Source: Eledone cirrhosa
Taxonomy: Eukaryota
DNA: 64,000 nt
NCBI GenBank assembly: GCA_964016885.1
Contig: OZ024749.1
Location: 14,384,001-14,448,000, forward strand
Direction: 5' to 3'
The notes under the pieces are model-generated. The model was not told the origin of the DNA. It saw only the letters and a list, made by a program, of their open reading frames with translations, and ran no database searches. Within the stretch, counting starts at the first letter, position 1; every line of letters begins with the position of its first letter. Made by a program: the position numbers and the translations under genes. This document shows positions 1-16,200 of this stretch, piece by piece.

Positions 1-715
1 CACATACTATATGGCACAGGTCTGTCACACATGCTATATGGCACAGGTCTTCCACACATACTATATGTCACAGGTCTTCCACACATACTATATGGCACAG
101 GTGTGCCACACATACTATATGGCACAGGTGTGCCACACATACTATATGGCACAGGTCTGCCACACATACTATATGGCACAGGTCTGTCACACATACTATA
201 TGGCACAGGTGTCCCACACATACTATATGGCACAGGTCTTCCACACATACTATATGGCACAGGTCTGTCATACATACTATATGGCACAGGTCTGCCACAC
301 ATACTATATGGCACATGTGTGCCACACATTCTATATGGCACAGGTCTGTCAAACATACTATATGGCACAGGTCTGCCACACATACTATATGGCACATGTG
401 TGCCACACATACTATATGGCACAGGTCTGTCACACATACTATATGGCACAGGTCTTCCAGACATACTATATGGCACATGTGTCCCACACATACTATATGG
501 CACAGGTGTCCCACATACTATATGGCACAGGTCTGCCACACATACTATATGGCACATGTCTTCCACACATACTATATGGCACATGTCTTCCACACATAAT
601 ATATGGCACAGGTCTTCCACACATACTATATGGCACATGTGTCCCACACATACTATATGGCACAGGTCTTCCACACATACTATATGGCACATGTGTGCCA
701 CATATACTATATGGC
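1..715. repeat. Third copy of the segment found at about 6365-7060 and about 9900-10620
   Basis: The same ordered rare variants occur: CATGCTAT, ATGTCAC, CATTCTAT, GTCAAAC, CCAGAC, a 25-bp monomer and CATAATAT. ORF starts correspond at 31/6395/9930. Confidence 0.9.
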
Positions 716-3700
716 ACAGGTCTCCCACACATACTATATGGCACAGGTCTGCCACATATACTATATGGCACAGGTCTACCACACATACTATATGGCACAG
801 GTCTGCCACACATACTATATGGCACAGGTGTGCCACACATACTATATGGCACAGGTGTTCCACACATAATATATGGCACAGGTGTACCACACATACTATA
901 TGGCACAGGTCTCCCATACATACTATATGGCACAGGTCTTCCACACATACTATATGGCACAGGTGTACCACATATACTATATGGCACATGTGTACCACAC
1001 ATACTATATGGCACAGGTGTACCACACATACTATATGGCACAGGTCTTCCACACATACTATATGGCACAGGTGTACCACACATACTATATGGCACAGGTC
1101 TGTCACACATACTATATGGCACAGGTCTGCCACACATACTATATGGCACAGGTGTCCCACACATACTATATGGCACAGGTCTTCCACACATACAATATGG
1201 CACAGGTCTGTCACACATACTATATGGCACAGGTGTGCCACACATACTATATGGCACAGGTGTGCCACACATACTATATGGCACAGGTCTGCCACACATA
1301 CTATATGGCACAGGTGTTCCACACATACTATATGGCACAGGTCTGTCACACATACTATATGGCACAGGTCTGCCACACATACTATATGGCACATGTGTCC
1401 CACACATACTATATGGCACAGGTGTCCGACATACTATATGGCACAGGTCTGCCACACATACTATATGGCACATGTCTTCCACACATACTATATGGCACAG
1501 GTCTTCCACACATACTATATGGCACATGTGTCCCACACATACTATATGGCACAGGTCTTCCACACATACTATATGGCACATGTGTGCCACATATACTATA
1601 TGGCACAGGTCTGCCACACATACTATATGGTACAGGTGTGCCACATATACTATATAGCACAGGTCTGTCACACATACTATATGGCACAGGTGTGCCACAC
1701 ATACTATATGGCACAGGTCTTCCACATATACTATATGGCACCGGTCTTCCACACATACTATATGCACAGGTGTACCACATATACTATATGGCACAGGTCT
1801 GCCACACATACTATATGGCACAGGTGTACCACATATACTATATGGCACAGGTGTACCACACATACTATATGGCACAGGTCTTCAACATATACTATATGGC
1901 ACAGGTCTTCCACACATACTATATGGCACAGGTGTACCACATATACTATATGGCACATGTGTACCACACATACTATATGGCACAGGTGTACCACACATAC
2001 TATATGGCACAGGTTTTCCACACATACTATATGGCACAGGTGTACCACACATACTATATGGCACAGGTCTGTCACACATACTATATGGCACAGGTCTGCC
2101 ACACATACTATATGGCACAGGTGTCCCACACATACTATATGGCACAGGTCTTCCACACATACAATATGGCACAGGTCTGTCACACATACTATATGGCACA
2201 GGTGTGCCACACATACTATATGGCACAGGTGTGCCACACATACTATATGGCACAGGTCTGCCACACATACTATATGGCACAGGTGTGCCACACATACTAT
2301 ATGGCACAGGTCTGTCACACATACTATATGGCACAGGTCTGCCACACATACTATATGGCACAGGTCTCCCACACATACTATATGGCACAGGTCTGTCACA
2401 CATACTATATGGCACAGGTCTTCCACACATACTATATGGCACAGGTCTGCCACACATACTATATGGCACAGGTTTGTCACACATACTATATGGCACAGGT
2501 CTGCCACACATACTATATGGCACAGGTCTTCCACACATACTATATGGCACAGGTGTCCCACACATACTATATGGCACAGGTCTTCCACACATACAATATG
2601 GCACAGGTCTGTCACACATACTATATGGCACAGGTGTGCCACACATACTATATGGCGCAGGTGTGCCACACATACTATATGGCACAGGTCTGCCACACAT
2701 ACTATATGGCACAGGTCTTCCACACATACTATATGGCACAAGTCTGCCACACATACTATATGGCACAGGTCTGTCACACATACTATATGGCACAGGTCTT
2801 CCACACATACTATATGGCACAGGTCTTCCACACATACTATATGGCACAGGTCTTCCACACATACTATATGGCACATGTCTTCCACCCATATTATATGGCA
2901 CAGGTCTTCCACACATACTATATGGCACAGGTCTTCCACACATACTGTATGGCACAGGTGTCCCACACATACTATATGGCACAGGTGTCCCACACATACT
3001 ATATGGCACAGGTCTTCCACACATACTATATGGCACAGGTGTCCCACACATACTATATGGCACAGGTGTCCCACACATACTATATGGCACAGGTATGCCA
3101 CATATACTATATGGCACAGGTGTACCACACATACTATATGGCACAGGTCTCCCACACATACTATATGGCACAGGTCTCCCACACATACTATATGGCACAG
3201 GTCTGCCACATATACTATATGGCACAGGTCTACCACACATACTATATGGCACAGGTCTGCCACACATACTATATGGCACAGGTGTGCCACACATACTATA
3301 TGGCACAGGTGTTCCACACATAATATATGGCACAGGTGTACCACACATACTATATGGCACAGGTCTCCCATACATACTATATGGCACAGGTCTTCCACAC
3401 ATACTATATGGCACAGGTGTACCACATATACTATATGGCACATGTGTACCACACATACTATATGGCACAGGTGTACCACACATACTATATGGCACAGGTC
3501 TTCCACACATACTATATGGCACAGGTGTACCACACATACTATATGGCACAGGTCTGTCACACATACTATATGGCACAGGTCTGCCACACATACTATATGG
3601 CACAGGTGTCCCACACATACTATATGGCACAGGTCTTCCACACATACAATATGGCACAGGTCTGTCACACATACTATATGGCACAGGTGTGCCACACATA

Positions 3701-5575
3701 CTATATGGCACAGGTGTGCCACACATACTATATGGCACAGGTCTGCCACACATACTATATGGCACAGGTGTTCCACACATACTATATGGCACAGGTCTGT
3801 CACACATACTATATGGCACAGGTCTGCCACACATACTATATGGCACATGTGTCCCACACATACTATATGGCACAGGTGTCCGACATACTATATGGCACAG
3901 GTCTGCCACACATACTATATGGCACATGTCTTCCACACATACTATATGGCACAGGTCTTCCACACATACTATATGGCACATGTGTCCCACACATACTATA
4001 TGGCACAGGTCTTCCACACATACTATATGGCACATGTGTGCCACATATACTATATGGCACAGGTCTGCCACACATACTATATGGTACAGGTGTGCCACAT
4101 ATACTATATAGCACAGGTCTGTCACACATACTATATGGCACAGGTGTGCCACACATACTATATGGCACAGGTCTTCCACATATACTATATGGCACAGGTC
4201 TTCCACACATACTATATGCACAGGTGTACCACATATACTATATGGCACAGGTCTGCCACACATACTATATGGCACAGGTGTACCACATATACTATATGGC
4301 ACAGGTGTACCACACATACTATATGGCACAGGTCTTCAACATATACTATATGGCACAGGTCTTCCACACATACTATATGGCACAGGTGTACCACATATAC
4401 TATATGGCACATGTGTACCACACATACTATATGGCACAGGTGTACCACACATACTATATGGCACAGGTTTTCCACACATACTATATGGCACAGGTGTACC
4501 ACACATACTATATGGCACAGGTCTGCCACACATACTATATGGCACAGGTGTCCCACACATACTATATGGCACAGGTCTTCCACACATACAATATGGCACA
4601 GGTCTGTCACACATACTATATGGCACAGGTGTGCCACACATACTATATGGCACAGGTGTGCCACACATACTATATGGCACAGGTCTGCCACACATACTAT
4701 ATGGCACAGGTGTGCCACACATACTATATGGCACAGGTCTGTCACACATACTATATGGCACAGGTTTGCCACACATACTATATGGCACAGGTCTCCCACA
4801 CATACTATATGGCACAGGTCTGTCACACATACTATATGGCACAGGTCTTCCACACATACTATATGGCACAGGTCTGCCACACATACTATATGGCACAGGT
4901 TTGTCACACATACTATATGGCACAGGTCTGCCACACATACTATATGGCACAGGTCTTCCACACATACTATATGGCACAGGTGTCCCACACATACTATATG
5001 GCACAGGTCTTCCACACATACAATATGGCACAGGTCTGTCACACATACTATATGGCACAGGTGTGCCACACATACTATATGGCGCAGGTGTGCCACACAT
5101 ACTATATGGCACAGGTCTGCCACACATACTATATGGCACAGGTCTTCCACACATACTATATGGCACAAGTCTGCCACACATACTATATGGCACAGGTCTG
5201 TCACACATACTATATGGCACAGGTCTTCCACACATACTATATGGCACAGGTCTTCCACACATACTATATGGCACAGGTCTTCCACACATACTATATGGCA
5301 CATGTCTTCCACCCATATTATATGGCACAGGTCTTCCACACATACTATATGGCACAGGTCTTCCACACATACTGTATGGCACAGGTGTCCCACACATACT
5401 ATATGGCACAGGTGTCCCACACATACTATATGGCACAGGTCTTCCACACATACTATATGGCACAGGTGTCCCACACATACTATATGGCACAGGTGTCCCA
5501 CACATACTATATGGCACAGGTATGCCACACATACTATATGGCACAGGTGTACCACACATACTATATGGCACAGGT
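715..5575. repeat. Higher-order tandem duplication, period 2,454 bp (91 monomers minus 3 bp): about 715-3145 and about 3170-5575
   Basis: Matching ORFs are offset by 2,454 (873/3327, 1409/3863). Both copies share rare markers: GTCCGACATAC (about 1425/3879), the TATGCAC 1-bp deletion (about 1763/4217) and CTTCAAC. The offset falls to 2,427 (2204/4631) after loss of one monomer near 4510. Confidence 0.93.
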
Positions 5576-8500
5576 CTTCCACACATACTATATGGCACAG
5601 GTCTTCCACACATACTATATGGCACAGGTGTCCCACACATACTATATGGCACAGGTCTGTCACACATACTATATGGCACAGGTCTGCCACACATACTATA
5701 TGGCACAGGTGTACCACACATACTATATAGCACAGGTGTCCCACACATACTATATGGCACAGGTCTGCCACACATACTATATGGCACAGGTGTCCCACAC
5801 ATACTATATGGCACTGGTCTTCCACACATACTATATGGCACAGGTCTGCCACACATACTATATGGCACAGGTCTGCCACACATACTATATCGCACAGGTC
5901 TTCTACACATACTATATGGCACAGGTCTGCCACACATACTATATGGCACATGTCTTCCACACATACTATATGGCACAGGTCTTCCACACATACTATATGG
6001 CACTGGTCTTCCACACATACTATATGGCACAGATCTGCCACACATACAATATGGCACAGGTCTTCCACACATACTATATGACACAGGTCTTCCAGACATA
6101 CTATATGGCACAGGTCTCCCACACATACTATATGGCACAGGTCTTCCACACATACTATATGGCACAGGTCTGCCACACACACTATATGGCACATGTCTTC
6201 CACACATACTATATGGCACTGGTCTTCCACACATACTATATGGCACAGGTATGCCACACATACTATATGGCACAGGTGTGCCAAACATACTCTATGGCAC
6301 TGGTCTGCCACACATACTATATGGCACAGGTGTGCCACACATACTATAAGGCACAGGTCTGTCACACATACTATATGGCACAGGTCTGTCACACATGCTA
6401 TATGGCACAGGTCTTCCACACATACTATATGTCACAGGTCTTCCACACATACTATATGGCACAGGTGTGCCACACATACTATATGGCACAGGTGTGCCAC
6501 ACATACTATATGGCACAGGTCTGCCACACATACTATATGGCACAGGTCTGTCACACATACTATATGGCACAGGTGTCCCACACATACTATATGGCACAGG
6601 TCTGTCACACATACTATATGGCACAGGTCTGCCACACATACTATATGGCACATGTGTGCCACACATTCTATATGGCACAGGTCTGTCAAACATACTATAT
6701 GGCACAGGTCTGCCACACATACTATATGGCACATGTGTGCCACACATACTATATGGCACAGGTCTGTCACACATACTATATGGCACAGGTCTTCCAGACA
6801 TACTATATGGCACATGTGTCCCACACATACTATATGGCACAGGTGTCCCACATACTATATGGCACAGGTCTGCCACACATACTATATGGCACATGTCTTC
6901 CACACATACTATATGGCACATGTCTTCCACACATAATATATGGCACAGGTCTTCCACACATACTATATGGCACATGTGTCCCACACATACTATATGGCAC
7001 AGGTCTTCCACACATACTATATGGCACATGTGTGCCACATATACTATATGGCACAGGTCTGGCACACATACTATATGGTACAGGTGTGCCACATATACTA
7101 TATAGCACAGGTCTGTCACACATACTATATGGCACAGGTGTGCCACAGATACTATATGGCACAGGTCTTCCACATATACTATATGGCACAGGTCTTCCAC
7201 ACATACTATATGGCACAGGTGTACCACATATACTATATGGCACAGGTGTACCACACATACTATATTGCACAGGTGTACCACACATACTATATGGCACAGG
7301 TCTGCCACACATACTATATGGCACAGGTGTACCACACATACTATATGGCACAGGTCTGTCACACATACTATATGGCACAGGTCTGCCACACATACTATAT
7401 GGCACAGGTGTCCCACACATACTATATGGCACAGGTCTTCCACACATACAATATGGCACAGGTCTGTCACACATACTATATGGCACAGGTGTGCCACACA
7501 TACTATATGGCACAGGTCTGCCACACATACTATATGGCACAGGTCTTCCACACATACTATATGGCACAGGTGTGCCACACATACTATATGGCACAGGTCT
7601 GTCACACATACTATATGACACAGGTCTCCCACACATACTATATGGCACAGGTCTCCCACACATACTATATGGCACAGGTCTGTCACACATACTATATGGC
7701 ACAGGTCTTCCACACATACTATATGGCACAGGTCTGCCACACATACTATATGGCACAGGTTTGTCACACATACTATATGGCACAGGTCTGTCACACATAC
7801 TATATGGCACAGGTCTTCCACACATACTATATGGCACAGGTCTGTCACACATACTATATGGCACAGGTCTTCCACACATACTATATGGCACATGTATGCC
7901 ACACATACTATATGGCACAGGTCTGCCATACATACTATATGGCACAGGTGTGCCACATATACTATATAGCACAGGTCTGTCACACATACTATATGGCACA
8001 GGTGTTCCACACATACTATATGGCACAGGTCTTCCACACATACTATATGGCACAGGTCTTCCACATATACTATATGGCATAGGTCTGTCACACATACTAT
8101 ATGGCACAGGTCTTCCACATATACTATATGGCACAGGTCTTCCACATATACTATATGGCACAGGTCTGTCACACATACTATATGGCACAGGTCTTCCACA
8201 CATACTATATGGCACAGGTGTACCACATATACTATATGGCACAGGTGTGCCACACATACTATATGGCACAGGTGTGCCACACATACTATATGGCACAGGT
8301 CTGCCACACATACTATATGGCACAGGTCTGCCACATATACTATATGGCACAGGTCTACCACACATACTATATGGCACAGGTCTGCCACACATACTATATG
8401 GCACAGGTGTGCCACACATACTATATGGCACAGGTGTTCCACACATACTATATGGCACAGGTGTACCACACATACTATATGGCACAGGTGTGCCACACAT

Positions 8501-11500
8501 AGTATATTGCACAGGTCTCTCACACATACTATATGGCACAGGTGTGCCACACATACTATATGGCACAGGTGTACCACACATACTATATGGCACAGGTGTG
8601 CCACACATACTATATGGCACAGGTCTCCCACACATACTATATGGCACAGGTCTGCCACATACTATATGGCACAGGTCTGCCAAACATACTATATGGCACA
8701 GGTCTTCCACACATACTATATGGCACAGGTCTTCCACACATACTATATGGCACAGGTCTTCCACACATACTATATGGCACATGTCTTCCACCCATATTAT
8801 ATGGCACAGGTCTTCCACACATACTATATGGCACAGGTCTTCCACACATACTGTATGGCACAGGTGTCCCACACATACTATATGGCACAGGTGTCCCACA
8901 CATACTATATGGCACAGGTCTTCCACACATACTATATGGCACAGGTGTCCCACACATACTATATGGCACAGGTGTCCCACACATATTATATATGGCACAG
9001 GTATGCCACACATACTATATGGCACAGGTGTACCACACATACTATATGGCACAGGTCTTCCACACATACTATATGGCACAGGTCTTCCACACATACTATA
9101 TGGCACAGGTGTCCCACACATACTATATGGCACAGGTCTGTCACACATACTATATGGCACAGGTCTGCCACACATACTATATGGCACAGGTGTACCACAC
9201 ATACTATATAGCACAGGTGTCCCACACATACTATATGGCACAGGTCTGCCACACATACTATATGGCACAGGTGTCCCACACATACTATATGGCACTGGTC
9301 TTCCACACATACTATATGGCACAGGTCTGCCACACATACTATATGGCACAGGTCTGCCACACATACTATATCGCACAGGTCTTCTACACATACTATATGG
9401 CACAGGTCTGCCACACATACTATATGGCACATGTCTTCCACACATACTATATGGCACAGGTCTTCCACACATACTATATGGCACTGGTCTTCCACACATA
9501 CTATATGGCACAGATCTGCCACACATACAATATGGCACAGGTCTTCCACACATACTATATGGCACAGGTCTTCCAGACATACTATATGGCACAGGTCTCC
9601 CACACATACTATATGGCACAGGTCTTCCACACATACTATATGGCACAGGTCTGCCACACACACTATATGGCACATGTCTTCCACACATACTATATGGCAC
9701 TGGTCTTCCACACATACTATATGGCACAGGTATGCCACACATACTATATGGCACAGGTGTGCCAAACATACTCTATGGCACTGGTCTGCCACACATACTA
9801 TATGGCACAGGTGTGCCACACATACTATAAGGCACAGGTCTGCCACACATACTATATGGCACATGTCTTCCACACATACTATATGGCACAGGTCTGTCAC
9901 ACATACTATATGGCACAGGTCTGTCACACATGCTATATGGCACAGGTCTTCCACACATACTATATGTCACAGGTCTTCCACACATACTATATGGCACAGG
10001 TGTGCCACACATACTATATGGCACAGGTGTGCCACACATACTATATGGCACAGGTCTGCCACACATACTATATGGCACAGGTCTGTCACACATACTATAT
10101 GGCACAGGTGTCCCACACATACTATATGGCACAGGTCTTCCACACATACTATATGGCACAGGTCTGTCACACATACTATATGGCACAGGTCTGCCACACA
10201 TACTATATGGCACATGTGTGCCACACATTCTATATGGCACAGGTCTGTCAAACATACTATATGGCACAGGTCTGCCACACATACTATATGGCACATGTGT
10301 GCCACACATACTATATGGCACAGGTCTGTCACACATACTATATGGCACAGGTCTTCCAGACATACTATATGGCACATGTGTCCCACACATACTATATGGC
10401 ACAGGTGTCCCACATACTATATGGCACAGGTCTGCCACACATACTATATGGCACATGTCTTCCACACATACTATATGGCACATGTCTTCCACACATAATA
10501 TATGGCACAGGTCTTCCACACATACTATATGGCACATGTGTCCCACACATACTATATGGCACAGGTCTTCCACACATACTATATGGCACATGTGTGCCAC
10601 ATATACTATATGGCACAGGTCTGGCACACATACTATATGGTACAGGTGTGCCACATATACTATATAGCACAGGTCTGTCACACATACTATATGGCACAGG
10701 TGTGCCACAGATACTATATGGCACAGGTCTTCCACATATACTATATGGCACAGGTCTTCCACACATACTATATGGCACAGGTGTACCACATATACTATAT
10801 GGCACAGGTGTACCACACATACTATATTGCACAGGTGTACCACACATACTATATGGCACAGGTCTTCCACACATACTATATGGCACAGGTGTACCACACA
10901 TACTATATGGCACAGGTCTGTCACACATACTATATGGCACAGGTCTGCCACACATACTATATGGCACAGGTGTCCCACACATACTATATGGCACAGGTCT
11001 TCCACACATACAATATGGCACAGGTCTGTCACACATACTATATGGCACAGGTGTGCCACACATACTATATGGCACAGGTCTGCCACACATACTATATGGC
11101 ACAGGTCTTCCACACATACTATATGGCACAGGTGTGCCACACATACTATATGGCACAGGTCTGTCACACATACTATATGGCACAGGTCTGCCACACATAC
11201 TATATGGCACAGGTCTCCCACACATACTATATGGCACAGGTCTGTCACACATACTATATGGCACAGGTCTTCCACACATACTATATGGCACAGGTCTGCC
11301 ACACATACTATATGGCACAGGTTTGTCACACATACTATATGGCACAGGTCTGTCACACATACTATATGGCACAGGTCTTCCACACATACTATATGGCACA
11401 GGTCTGTCACACATACTATATGGCACAGGTCTTCCACACATACTATATGGCACATGTATGCCACACATACTATATGGCACAGGTCTGCCATACATACTAT

Positions 11501-12255
11501 ATGGCACAGGTGTGCCACATATACTATATAGCACAGGTCTGTCACACATACTATATGGCACAGGTGTTCCACACATACTATATGGCACAGGTCTTCCACA
11601 CATACTATATGGCACAGGTCTTCCACATATACTATATGGCATAGGTCTGTCACACATACTATATGGCACAGGTCTTCCACATATACTATATGGCACAGGT
11701 CTTCCACATATACTATATGGCACAGGTCTGTCACACATACTATATGGCACAGGTCTTCCACACATACTATATGGCACAGGTGTACCACATATACTATATG
11801 GCACAGGTGTGCCACACATACTATATGGCACAGGTGTGCCACACATACTATATGGCACAGGTCTGCCACACATACTATATGGCACAGGTCTGCCACATAT
11901 ACTATATGGCACAGGTCTACCACACATACTATATGGCACAGGTCTGCCACACATACTATATGGCACAGGTGTGCCACACATACTATATGGCACAGGTGTT
12001 CCACACATACTATATGGCACAGGTGTACCACACATACTATATGGCACAGGTGTGCCACACATAGTATATTGCACAGGTCTGCCACACATACTATATGGCA
12101 CAGGTGTGCCACACATACTATATGGCACAGGTGTACCACACATACTATATGGCACAGGTGTGCCACACATACTATATGGCACAGCTCTCCCACACATACT
12201 ATATGGCACAGGTCTGCCACATACTATATGGCACAGGTCTGCCAAACATACTATA
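5200..12255. repeat. Higher-order tandem duplication, period about 3.5 kb: about 5200-8690 and about 8690-12255
   Basis: Marker strings and ORFs match at offsets 3,481 (6288/9769), 3,535 (6395/9930) and 3,562 (6940/10502, 8101/11663). The offset steps correspond to whole-monomer insertions. Confidence 0.9.
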
Positions 12256-13214
12256 TGGCACAGGTGTACCACATATACTATATGGCACAGGTGTTCCACA
12301 CATACTATATGGCACAGGTCTGCCACATATACTATATGGCACAGGTCTGCCACACATACTATATGGCACAGGTCTTCCACACATACTATATGGCACAGGT
12401 CTGCCACACATACCATATGGCACAGGTCTTCCACACATACTATATGGCACAGGTCTTCCACACATACTATATGGCACATGTCTTCCACACATACTATATG
12501 GCACAGGTCTGTCACACATACTATATGGCACAGGTCTTCCACACATACTATATGGCACAGGTCTTCCACACATACTATATGGCACATGTCTTCCACACAT
12601 ACTATATGGCACAGGTGTTCCACACATACTATATGGCACAGGTCTGCCACATATACTATATGGCACAGGTCTGTCACACATACTGTATGGTACAGGTCTC
12701 CCACACATACAATATGGCACAAGTCTTCCACACATACTATATGGCACAGGTCTTCCACATATACTATATGGCACAGGTCTGTCACACATACTATATGGCA
12801 CAGGACTGTCACACATACTATATGGCACAGGTCTCCCACACATACTATATGGCACAGGTGCACCACATATACTAAATGGCACAGGTGTTCCACACATACT
12901 ATATGGCACAGGTCTGCCACATATACTATATGGCACAGGTCTGCCACACATACTATATGGCACAGGTCTTCCACACATACTATATGGCACAGGTCTGCCA
13001 CACATACCATATGGCACAGGTCTTCCACACATACTATATGGCACAGGTCTGCCACACATACTATATGGCACAGGTCTTCCACACATACAATATGGCACAG
13101 ATCTACCACACATACTATATGGCACATGTCTTCCACACATACTATATGGCACATGTCTTCCACACATACAATATGGCACAGGTCTACCACACATACTATA
13201 TGGCACATGTCTTC

Positions 13215-16200
13215 CACACATACTATATGGCACATGTCTTCCACACATACAATATGGCACAGGTCTTCCACACATACTATATGGCACATGTCTTCCACAC
13301 ATACTATATGGCACAGGTCTGCCAAACATACTATATGGCACAGGTCTTCCACACATACTATGTGGCACAGGTCTGCCACACATACTATATGGCACAGGTC
13401 TGACACACATACTATATGGCACAGGTCTGCCACACATACTATATAGCACAGGTCTTCCACACATACTATATGGCACAGGTGTACCACATATACTATATGG
13501 CACAGGTGTTCCACACATACTATATGGCACAGGTGTACCACATATACTATATGGCACAGGTCTGCCACACATACTATATGGCACAGGTCTTCCACACATA
13601 CTATATGGCACAGGTGTACCACACATACTATATGGCACAGGTCTTCCACACGTACTATATGGCACAGGTGTGCCACACATACTATATGGCACAGGTCTTC
13701 CACACATACTATATGGCACATGTGTGCCACACGTACTATATGGCACAGGTCTTCCACACATACTATATGGCACAGGTGTGCCACACATACAATATGGCAC
13801 AGGTCTTCCACACATAATATATGGCACAGGTCTTCCACAAATACTATGTGGCACAGGTCTGCCACACATACTATATGGCACAGGTCTGCCACACATACTA
13901 TATGGCACAGGTCTTCCACACATACTATATGGCACAGGTCTTCCACACATATTATATGGCACAGGTCTGCCACACATACTATATGGCACAGGTGTGCCAC
14001 ACGCACTATATGGCACAGGTGTGCCACATATACTATATAGCACAGGTCTGTCACGCATACTATATGGCACAGGTCTTCCACACATACTATATGGCACATG
14101 TGTGCCAAACATACTATATCGCACATGTATGCCACACATATAATATGGCACATGTGTGCCACACATACTATATGGCACACGTCTGTCACACATACTATAT
14201 GGCACATGTCTTCCACACATACTATATGGCCCAGGTGTGCCACACATACTATATGGCACAGGTCTGCCACACATACTATATGGCACAGGTCTTCCACACA
14301 TACTATATGGCACATGTCTGCCACACATACTATATGGCACAGGTGTGTCACACGTACTATATGGCACAGGTGTGCCACATATACTATATATCACAGGTCT
14401 GTCACACATACTATATGGCACAGGTCTTCCACACATACTATATGGCACATGTGTCCCACACATACTATATGGCACAGGTGTACCACACATACTATATGGC
14501 ACAGGTGTACCACACATACTATATGGCACAGGTCTTCCACACATACTATAAGGCACAGGTGTACCACACATACTATATGGCACAGGTCTGTCACACATAC
14601 TATATGGCACAGGTCTGCCACACATACTATATGGCACAGGTGTCCCACACATACTATATGGCACAGGTCTTCCACACATACAATATGGCACAGGTCTGGC
14701 ACACATACTATATGGCACAGGTGTGCCACACATACTATATGGCACAGGTGTGCCACACATACTATATGGCACAGGTCTGCCACACATACTATATGGCACA
14801 GGTGTGCCACACATACTATATGGCACAGGTCTGTCACACATACTATATGGCACAGGTCTCCCACACATACTATATGTCACAGGTCTCCCACACATACTAT
14901 ATGGCACAGGTCTGTCACACATACTATATGGCACAGGTCTTCCACACATACTATATGGCACAGGTCTGCCACACATACTATATGGCACAGGTTTGTCACA
15001 CATACTATATGGCACAGGTCTGCCACACATACTATATGGCACAGGTCTTCCACACATACTATATGGCACAGGTCTGTCACACATACTATATGGCACAGGT
15101 CTTCCACACATACTATATGGCACATGTATGCCACACATACTATATGGCACAGGTCTGCCATACATACTATATGGCACAGGTGTGCCACATATACTATATA
15201 GCACAGGTCTGTCACACATACTATATGGCACAGGTGTGCCACACATACTATATGGCACAGGTCTTCCACACATACTATATGGCACAGGTCCCCACATATA
15301 CTATATGGCACAGGTCTTCCACATATACTATATGGCACAGGTCTGTCACACATACTATATGGCACAGGTCTTCCACACATACTATATGGCACAGGTGTAC
15401 CACATATACTATATGGCACAGGTGTGCCACACATACTATATGGCACAGGTGTGCCACACATACTATATGGCACAGGTCTCCCACACATACTATATGGCAC
15501 ACGTCTGCCACATATACTATATGGCACAGGTCTACCACACATACTATATGGCACAGGTCTGCCACACATACTATATGGCACAGGTGTGCCACACATACTA
15601 TATGGCACAGGTGTTCCACACATACTATATGGCACAGGTGTACCACACATACTATATGGCACAGGTCTCCCATACATACTATATGGCACAGGTCTTCCAC
15701 ACATACTATATGGCACATGTGTGCCACATATACTATATGGCACAGGTCTCCCACACATACTATATGGCACATGTCTTCCACACATACTATATGGCACAGG
15801 TGTGCCACACATACTATATGGCACAGGTCTTCCACACATACTATATGGCACAGGTCTGCCACATATACTTTATGGCACAGGTCTGTCACACATACTATAT
15901 GGCACAGGTGTACCACATATACTATATGGCACAGGTGTTCCACACATACTATATGGCACAGGTTTGCCACACATACTATATGGAACAGGTCTTCCACACA
16001 TACTATATGGCACAGGTTTGTCACACATACTATATGGCACAGGTGTGCCACACATACTATATGGCACAGGTCTCCCACACATAATATATTGCACAGGTCT
16101 GTCACACATACTATATGGCACAGGTTGCCACACATACTATATGGGACAGGTCTGCCGCACTTACTATATGGCACAGGTCTGCCACACATACTATATGGCA

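Noticed and set aside
120-135. NFI binding site in TGGCACAGGTGTGCCA
   Set aside because: NFI needs TTGGC-N5-GCCAA. Here the half-sites are 8 bp apart and lack the outer T/A.
1758-3857. Cys/His-rich repeats as zinc-finger, metallothionein or heme-binding proteins
   Set aside because: The spacing does not match C2H2 (28-aa period) or CxxCH motifs. The residues come from the CACA/TGTG composition of the repeat.
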